In this document: piece by piece, positions 26,452 through 32,000 of the stretch
Position numbering within the stretch: the first letter of the stretch is position 1
Layout of the letters: every line of letters begins with the position of its first letter
Assembly (NCBI GenBank): GCA_963662715.1
Contig: OY759724.1
Span: 1,770,001-1,802,000, forward strand
DNA: 32,000 nucleotides
Direction: 5' to 3'
Source: Candidatus Omnitrophota bacterium
GTDB lineage: Bacteria; Omnitrophota; Gorgyraeia; Zapsychrales; JANLHA01
Made by a program: the position numbers and the translations under genes
Notes under the pieces: generated by a model
What the model was told of the DNA's origin: nothing
Seen by the model: only the letters and a program-made list of their open reading frames with translations
The model's database searches: none

Positions 26452-27177
26452 ATGCACCCTGTTATTTGTTCCATTGGCCCTTTGCAGATCTATTCCTACG
26501 GTTTGATGCTGGCCGTTGCGATTGTTGTTTGCTCGCTGCTCCTCAGCCGCGACGCCCGGGTTTATCATATCCCGGCAGATACGGTTTATGACCTGGTGTT
26601 TTGGACGGTTCTGGGGGGCATTGCCGGAGCCCGGGTTTTTTTCGTTGTATTGCATCTGGAATTATTCCAGGATAACCCGATTGAAATGGTGATGCTTCAT
26701 CAGGGCGGCTTATCCTGGCAGGGGGGGCTGTTTCTCGGAGCGCTCGCCGCTGGAATTTTTATCCGCCGCAAAAACCTTTCGTTCCGTACGACCGTAGACC
26801 TTATTGCTCCTTATCTGGCGCTGGGACAGTCTATCGGACGAATAGGCTGTTTTCTTAACGGATGCTGTTTTGGCCGGGAAGTTTCCTGGGGGATTTATTT
26901 CCCTGTTCACCATGCCCGTCTTCATCCCACACAACTTTATGCCAGCGGGGCCCTGTTTTTGATTTTTTGGGCTTTAAAGGTATATCAGAAAAGACCTCAT
27001 CGGTCCGGCCAGATTTTAGCCATGTATTTTATGCTGGCCGGGACGCAAAGATTTATTATCGAATTCTTTCGGGGGGATCACGTGATGACCCCGTGGGGTG
27101 TCAGTGTTTTTCAGCTTGTGAGTCTGGCTATTTTTGTGACAGGCTTCGGATTAATGGTTTATTTTAAGAAAACATGA
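26452..27177 (+). CDS. lgt: prolipoprotein (phosphatidylglycerol) diacylglyceryl transferase
   Basis: The N-terminus MHPVICSIGPLQIYSYGLMLAV is typical, so the ATG at 26452 is preferred over the GTG at 26422. Further motifs are GGLSWQGGLFLG, GRIGCFLNGCCFGRE and HPTQLYAS. Confidence 0.9.
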   Translation: MHPVICSIGPLQIYSYGLMLAVAIVVCSLLLSRDARVYHIPADTVYDLVFWTVLGGIAGARVFFVVLHLELFQDNPIEMVMLHQGGLSWQGGLFLGALAAGIFIRRKNLSFRTTVDLIAPYLALGQSIGRIGCFLNGCCFGREVSWGIYFPVHHARLHPTQLYASGALFLIFWALKVYQKRPHRSGQILAMYFMLAGTQRFIIEFFRGDHVMTPWGVSVFQLVSLAIFVTGFGLMVYFKKT

Positions 27178-27264
27178 GGCCGATGTAAGCAAAACGTCCC
27201 TGCACGTTAAGGCCGTGGCCCAGACAGTCCGCGCAGTTCTTTAACCTGCGGTTTTTTTATTTTT

Positions 27265-28191
27265 ATGACAAAAAAGAGTTTTATCATTGATGAAGAACAC
27301 CATTTTTTGAGGATTGACCTGTTCCTTTCCCGGGAACTTGCCGGAGAACTGTCCCGCACCGCTATACAAAAGTTGATAGAGGCGGGGCAGGTAACCCTCA
27401 ATCAAAAGACAGTCAAGGCCAACCATAAAGTCCAGGCCGGTGATGAAGTTATGGTTGATTTGGATGCCTTGGCGGGGCCGGACTCGTCACATATTCATCC
27501 CGAAAATATTAGATTAGATGTCTTTTATGAAGATAAGGCTATTTTGGTCCTGCGGAAGCCGGCCGGCATGGTCGTGCATCCGGCGCAGGGGTGTTATTCC
27601 GGAACATTAGTCAATGCCCTGCTTTATTATTGCCGGCAGACCGGACAGACGCTTTCCGACGTTAATACCGCGGAGCGTCCGGGCATTGTTCACCGTTTGG
27701 ACAAAGAGACATCGGGCCTTTTGGTCGTGGCCAAAAGCAACACGTATCATATCCGGCTGGCCAGGCAGTTTGAAAAGCATAAAGTCCGGAAAAAGTATAT
27801 AGCCTGGGTGCAGGGATCCGTGGCGTTCGATGAAGGGCAGATCGATGCTCCGGTGGGGCGGCATCCGATTCACCGGGAGAAAAAAGCCGTTACGTATGAG
27901 AAGGGCAGCCGGGAAGCTAAAACATATTATAAAGTCTTGAAGCGTGTTGGGAAGGAAGCATCCTTAATGGCTTTGTTCCCGCAAAGCGGCCGGACGCATC
28001 AATTAAGAGTTCATATGGCCCATTTGGGGCACCCGATACTGGGAGACAGCAAATACGGGGATCAGAGACGTTTTCCCCGGCTTGCCCTGCATGCACAGGG
28101 GCTGGGCTTTTTTCACCCGGAGACAAAGGCCTGGGTGGAGTTCTCCTCTCCTCCTCCGGACATCTTTTTTCAGGAAGACCTTTTGAGGTAA
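27265..28191 (+). CDS. rluD: RluA-family (RluD-type) 23S rRNA pseudouridine synthase
   Basis: The N-terminus is S4-like (LRIDLFLSRELAGELSRTAIQKLIEAGQVTLN). The catalytic motif is HRLDKETSGLLVVAK, and the later motif is GRTHQLRVHMAHLGHPILGD. Confidence 0.9.
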   Translation: MTKKSFIIDEEHHFLRIDLFLSRELAGELSRTAIQKLIEAGQVTLNQKTVKANHKVQAGDEVMVDLDALAGPDSSHIHPENIRLDVFYEDKAILVLRKPAGMVVHPAQGCYSGTLVNALLYYCRQTGQTLSDVNTAERPGIVHRLDKETSGLLVVAKSNTYHIRLARQFEKHKVRKKYIAWVQGSVAFDEGQIDAPVGRHPIHREKKAVTYEKGSREAKTYYKVLKRVGKEASLMALFPQSGRTHQLRVHMAHLGHPILGDSKYGDQRRFPRLALHAQGLGFFHPETKAWVEFSSPPPDIFFQEDLLR

Positions 28192-28221
28192 AGCCGGACG
28201 TGAAGATTTCCGGAGAAAGTC

Positions 28222-28249
28222 TTTACTTCCTTAAGATTTGCCATATAAT
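28222..28249 (+). promoter_or_regulatory. candidate sigma70-type promoter in the rluD-downstream spacer
   Basis: TTTACT (28222-28227), a 16-nt spacer, then a perfect TATAAT (28244-28249). Confidence 0.35.
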
Positions 28250-28283
28250 AAGTTATAGTTTATCGGGCCATAGATAACAAAAG

Positions 28284-28327
28284 GCTTCTGCTGTCTGTGA
28301 AATTATAGAACGGCGGCAGGCTTTTTT
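28284..28327 (+). terminator. candidate intrinsic terminator
   Basis: The stem pairs 28284-28294 with 28310-28321. It has 11 pairs including three G-U pairs and one bulged C, with a 15-nt loop. A T6 run follows at 28322-28327 and an A4 run sits upstream. Confidence 0.35.
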
Positions 28328-28422
28328 CTCATGCCCTTTTCTTATATACTATATAGAGAATTAAGGAAAGGGGCGTAATTTATTTCAGGAAGAGAGTTTA
28401 TTTTTAAAAGGAGAAAAGGACA

Positions 28423-29271
28423 ATGAATAATACTGGTAAAACATTAACTATTTTCTTGGTCGTTATTGCCGTTCTTCTGTTGTGTTTAACCGGGATATCC
28501 GTTTTTTTCTTTGTGAAGGAAATAGATCTGCGGAAATCGGCGGAAGTGAACCTGGAGCAGCTTCGCATTGTGGAGGCGAGCCTCCGGGCTGATTTGCAGG
28601 AAGCGGAAAAGCAGATTCAGCTGCTTGGAGAAAAAAATAAAGAGGCAAATGGCAGAGTGGAAGACCTGATTGAAGAGAAGGCTTTGGAACAGGAATTAAA
28701 GGAAGAGCTGAAGCGGGAAGTGCGGCAACTGAAGGACAAGTTGAGTACGGAGGAAAAAGCCAAAGAAGAGATACGTCAGGAATTGATGGCTGAATTGGAT
28801 TCTGCCCAGGAAAAAGTTTCTCAGATAGAAGCGGAATTGAACACCACCAAAACGAGAAATACGGAATTAGAAACGATCCGTCAGAATTTAGAAACACAAG
28901 TGACCGATCTGCAGAATCAAATTGATACTTTAACTCAAAAATTAACAATCTCGGGCGATGCGGATGTTCCCTCCGACGATTCTTCGGCCGTCAAAGATAG
29001 TGTGAATCTTGACCCTATTGTTATTAATCCGGGGGACAGTCATAAGGGAGTCGTTATCAGCGTGGACCGGGAAGCTGATTTTATTATTGTGAGTTTGGGG
29101 GAAAAACACGGAATTAAAAAAGGAATGTTGCTTTCGGTTTATCGTGGTGATAAGCACCTCGGGGATGTAGAGGTGTCCCGGGTTCTCCCCGAAATGTCCG
29201 CGGCTGACTTTATCCCCCCTTTAAAAAGTAAGAAAGTCCAGAAAGACGACCAAGTGGTTCTTCAAGAATGA
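28423..29271 (+). CDS. membrane-anchored long coiled-coil protein with a small beta-rich C-terminal domain (MreC-like pattern by eye)
   Basis: AAAAGGAGAAAAGGA SD. The TM helix reads LTIFLVVIAVLLLCLTGISVFFFV. About 150 aa of E/K/Q/L heptad-like sequence follow. The C-terminus reads GVVISVDREADFIIVSLGEKHGIKKGMLLSVYRGDKHLGDVEVSRV. The stop overlaps the aroA start (ATGA). Confidence 0.65.
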   Translation: MNNTGKTLTIFLVVIAVLLLCLTGISVFFFVKEIDLRKSAEVNLEQLRIVEASLRADLQEAEKQIQLLGEKNKEANGRVEDLIEEKALEQELKEELKREVRQLKDKLSTEEKAKEEIRQELMAELDSAQEKVSQIEAELNTTKTRNTELETIRQNLETQVTDLQNQIDTLTQKLTISGDADVPSDDSSAVKDSVNLDPIVINPGDSHKGVVISVDREADFIIVSLGEKHGIKKGMLLSVYRGDKHLGDVEVSRVLPEMSAADFIPPLKSKKVQKDDQVVLQE

Positions 29272-30557
29272 AATTAGTCCTCCATCCTGTCGCTGCTCTC
29301 CGTGGCCCAATCCTTCTTCCTGCCTCCAAGTCTTATTCGATCCGTGCTTTTATCATAGCGGCTTGCGGCGGGGCTTCTGTTATTGTCCGCCCTTCGGATT
29401 GCGATGATGCTAAAGTGGCCATGAAAGCGGCCCGTTTCCTCGGCGCCCGCGTTAAACGGGTCGCGGATAATACCTGGGCCGTGCAGGCCGGACCGATGAA
29501 AAAAGGGATCAGAGATATTGATGTCCAGGAATCCGGAACGGTGTTGAGATTTTTGTTGCCGTTGTTGTCGGTAAAAAGTGAAGCCATAAAAGTGAACGGA
29601 CAGGGGACATTGATCGGCCGGCCCAATGCGCATTTGACCGCGGTTTTGCGAAAGCAGGGCGTTTCCATCCGGGGACAGGGCCGGAATGAATCCGTTCCTA
29701 TTCATTTGCGGGGCGGAAAATTTCGGGGCGGCAAAATTGTTATTGACGGGACAATGAGTTCTCAATTTATCTCCGCTTTGTGTATCGCCTGCCCGCAGCT
29801 GCTGGAAGATACGTGGTTGCTTGTTAAGGGCAAACGCATGGTTTCAGTCGATTATATTGAAATGACACGGTTGGTCCTGGCCCAGAGCGGGGTTCATATT
29901 AAAAAGGTCAGCAGCCGTTCTTTCTCCATCGCGGCCTCTCAGAAATTTCAAGGCTTAAAAAGGTTTGTGGTCCCTTCAGACTACGGCCTGGCGGCTTTCT
30001 TAATAGCCGCGGGACTTTTGACGGAATCTTCTTTGGTTTTAAAGGGTGAATTCAGCCGCACATTTATTCAGGCGGACGGAAAAATTCTTGAATTTTTGAA
30101 AAAGATGGGCGTCCGGATAATCTTGACGAAAAATACGTTAAAATGGCAGAGGAAAGGCCCCTTGCGGGGAGGGGATTTTTCTCTGAAGGATTGTCCGGAT
30201 CTGGTCCCGATTATGGCCGTGCTGGCGCTTTTCGCCAAAGGGACGACGCGCCTGAAGAACATTAAACATGCCCGCGTGAAAGAGTCCAACCGGATTTCAG
30301 ATTTGCGAAGGGAATTGCTCAAGGCCGGGGCGCGATTAACGGAGACATCCGATACTCTGACAATTCACCCGCAAGCCCAGTATAAGACCTCCGCGTGCCT
30401 TAATCCGCATCATGATCACCGTTTAGCCATGGCCTTTTGTGTTTTAGGTTTGAAACTCGGGGCGGTCATTGAAGATATTGAATGTGTTTCAAAATCTTAC
30501 CCGGGATTTGTGCGGGATATTAAAAAGCTTGGGGCCAAGGTCAGATTCTGTTCCTAG
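29268..30557 (+). CDS. aroA: 3-phosphoshikimate 1-carboxyvinyltransferase (EPSP synthase)
   Basis: Family motifs are present: LPASKSYSIRAFIIAA, ESGTVLRFLLPL, GRPNAHL, SSQFISAL, ARVKESNRISDL and HHDHRLAMAF. Confidence 0.9.
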   Translation: MKLVLHPVAALRGPILLPASKSYSIRAFIIAACGGASVIVRPSDCDDAKVAMKAARFLGARVKRVADNTWAVQAGPMKKGIRDIDVQESGTVLRFLLPLLSVKSEAIKVNGQGTLIGRPNAHLTAVLRKQGVSIRGQGRNESVPIHLRGGKFRGGKIVIDGTMSSQFISALCIACPQLLEDTWLLVKGKRMVSVDYIEMTRLVLAQSGVHIKKVSSRSFSIAASQKFQGLKRFVVPSDYGLAAFLIAAGLLTESSLVLKGEFSRTFIQADGKILEFLKKMGVRIILTKNTLKWQRKGPLRGGDFSLKDCPDLVPIMAVLALFAKGTTRLKNIKHARVKESNRISDLRRELLKAGARLTETSDTLTIHPQAQYKTSACLNPHHDHRLAMAFCVLGLKLGAVIEDIECVSKSYPGFVRDIKKLGAKVRFCS

Positions 30558-30676
30558 CCGTTTTTCCCTTTTGCACGGTATGCCTGAGATTATCTATTTT
30601 TTTCTGGAATAGGGGTCTTAAATGGAGTATAAAATAGAATAATAGATAATAATAGACTAAATAAAATGATTATTCG

Positions 30677-30705
30677 TTGACAGTAAATTTCTTTTCATAT
30701 ATGAT
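30677..30705 (+). promoter_or_regulatory. candidate sigma70-type promoter for mreB
   Basis: TTGACA (30677-30682), a 17-nt spacer, then TATGAT (30700-30705), in an AT-rich 230-nt intergenic region about 80 nt upstream of the mreB start. Confidence 0.5.
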
Positions 30706-30786
30706 GTTTCCTGTTGCATAGCAACTAGTTACTAGTTATTTCTCCTCGAGAAATATTCCATTAATATAAAAAAAGGAAGGACTCAG

Positions 30787-31857
30787 TTGCTAAAATTTAT
30801 CCGATATATCCAAAGAACCATCAATTATGTCTTAGGTTTGTTTTCCAATGACATGGGCATTGATTTGGGGACCGCCACGACGCTTGTTTATGTGAAGGGC
30901 GAAGGCGTCGTCCTGTGCGAGCCTTCGGTTGTTGCCATTGAAAAAGAAACGAACCGGGTCGTGGCCGTGGGGGATGAAGCCAAGAAAATGTTGGGCCGTA
31001 CTCCGGGAAATATTGTCGCGATCCGGCCGATGAAAGACGGGGTTATTTCAGATTTTGAAATCACCGAAGCGATGTTGAAATATTTTATCAAGAAGGTCCA
31101 TAAACGTCAGGTTCTGGTTCGGCCGGCGATGGTCATTGCTATTCCTTCGGGCATTACCGAAGTGGAAAAGCGCGCCGTAAAAGATTCTGCGGAAAGAGCC
31201 AGCGCCCGGTCCGTGGAGCTGATTGAAGAGCCCAAAGCCGCTGCGGTCGGAGTCGGGCTTCCGGTCGAAGAAGCCGCAGGGAATATGATTATTGACATCG
31301 GTGGTGGAACGACGGAATTTGCTGTTATTTCATTGGGAGGACTCGTTTATTCCAAGTCGATCCGGATTGCCGGTGATGAAATGGACCAGGCGATTATGGA
31401 GTATTTAAAGAAAACTTATAATCTGATGATCGGAGAACGAACAGCGGAGGAGATTAAGATCCGGATCGGATCCGCTTATCCGCTGGAGGAAGAACTGACA
31501 ATGGACGTGCGGGGCCGGGATCTTATTGCCGGGCTGCCAAAGACAATTACAATTTCATCTGAAGAAATTCGGGAGGCACTGCAGGAACCGATTCAGGCCA
31601 TTGTTGATGCTTCAAAAATCACTTTGGAAAATACTCCCCCGGAACTTGCTGCGGATTTGATTGATCGAGGGATTGTTATGGCTGGCGGCGGCTCCCTCTT
31701 GCGGGGATTAGACAAGAGAATTGCCGAAGAGACAGGCCTTCCTGTTCACATTGCCGATGATCCTTTAACGGCTGTCGTCTTGGGAACGGGGCAGGTTCTT
31801 AACATGCCCGTGAAGCTTAGAAGACGTGTTGTTGTCCCGACCAAATTGGATTTTTAA
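30787..31857 (+). CDS. mreB: rod-shape-determining actin homologue MreB
   Basis: A TTG start at 30787 after GGAAGGA is needed to keep the conserved [22 protein letters not shown]-terminus. Further motifs are [16 protein letters not shown] and [36 protein letters not shown]. Confidence 0.93.
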   Translation: MLKFIRYIQRTINYVLGLFSNDMGIDLGTATTLVYVKGEGVVLCEPSVVAIEKETNRVVAVGDEAKKMLGRTPGNIVAIRPMKDGVISDFEITEAMLKYFIKKVHKRQVLVRPAMVIAIPSGITEVEKRAVKDSAERASARSVELIEEPKAAAVGVGLPVEEAAGNMIIDIGGGTTEFAVISLGGLVYSKSIRIAGDEMDQAIMEYLKKTYNLMIGERTAEEIKIRIGSAYPLEEELTMDVRGRDLIAGLPKTITISSEEIREALQEPIQAIVDASKITLENTPPELAADLIDRGIVMAGGGSLLRGLDKRIAEETGLPVHIADDPLTAVVLGTGQVLNMPVKLRRRVVVPTKLDF

Positions 31858-31924
31858 GTTCGTGCTTTCTCATTCTTGCGAGAGGTTCGTTTTTTTCCTC
31901 TTGTGGCCGGAACAACGAGGCGCC

Positions 31925-31964
31925 AATCCCTCCCGATGTCTACGGGGAGGGATTTACTTTTTTT
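31925..31964 (+). terminator. rho-independent terminator after mreB
   Basis: A perfect 10-bp stem pairs AATCCCTCCC (31925-31934) with GGGAGGGATT (31945-31954) around a 10-nt loop. The sequence TAC plus a T7 run (31958-31964) follows. Confidence 0.7.
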
Positions 31965-32000
31965 AAAATGATTATTTAATATTTACGTGAGTGTCTAGAT

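Noticed and set aside
27229-27258. Hairpin plus T7 run between lgt and rluD, as an intrinsic terminator
   Set aside because: Only a 5-bp stem (CGCAG/CTGCG) can be drawn. The T-run ends 6 nt before the rluD ATG, leaving no room for a promoter or SD. It is more likely read through.
1-32000. A search by eye for CRISPR arrays, rRNA or tRNA genes, transposases, integrases and flanking long inverted or direct repeats around the accessory genes
   Set aside because: I found none. There are no regularly spaced repeats, no recombinase-like ORFs and no obvious att-like duplications. Short or diverged repeats could have been missed without computation.

Overview
All calls below come from reading the sequence and ORF track by eye; no searches or alignments were run. 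The window is a bacterial chromosomal segment of moderate GC, and I cannot assign a lineage. Every convincing gene, about 37 of them, lies on the + strand. Most have Shine-Dalgarno sites, and several show overlapping stop/start coupling.

The 3' part (about 19.8-32 kb) is a housekeeping block: yggS, proC, mtnP, ileS, a DksA/TraR-type zinc-finger gene, lspA, lgt, rluD, a membrane-anchored coiled-coil gene, aroA and mreB. A strong terminator follows mreB.

The 5' part (0-19.7 kb) is accessory-like. It encodes many exported or membrane proteins with no recognisable family. It also encodes an SGNH hydrolase, a bacteriohemerythrin, a cupin, two SAM methyltransferases, a second lspA paralog, a trypsin-like protease overlapping an FHA membrane protein, a CPBP-type intramembrane protease-like protein, a GT-C-like polytopic membrane protein, a GYF-domain protein and an EEP-family nuclease/phosphatase.

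The most interesting locus is a compact two-gene module at about 2753-4833 with its own sigma70-like promoter. It pairs an orphan protein whose only motif is a single HExxH (putative metallopeptidase) with a 279-aa protein that looks like a bacterial gasdermin. Described gasdermin systems use caspase-like, trypsin-like or subtilisin-like activators, so this pairing may be new.

I saw no rRNA, tRNA, CRISPR array, transposase or integrase.
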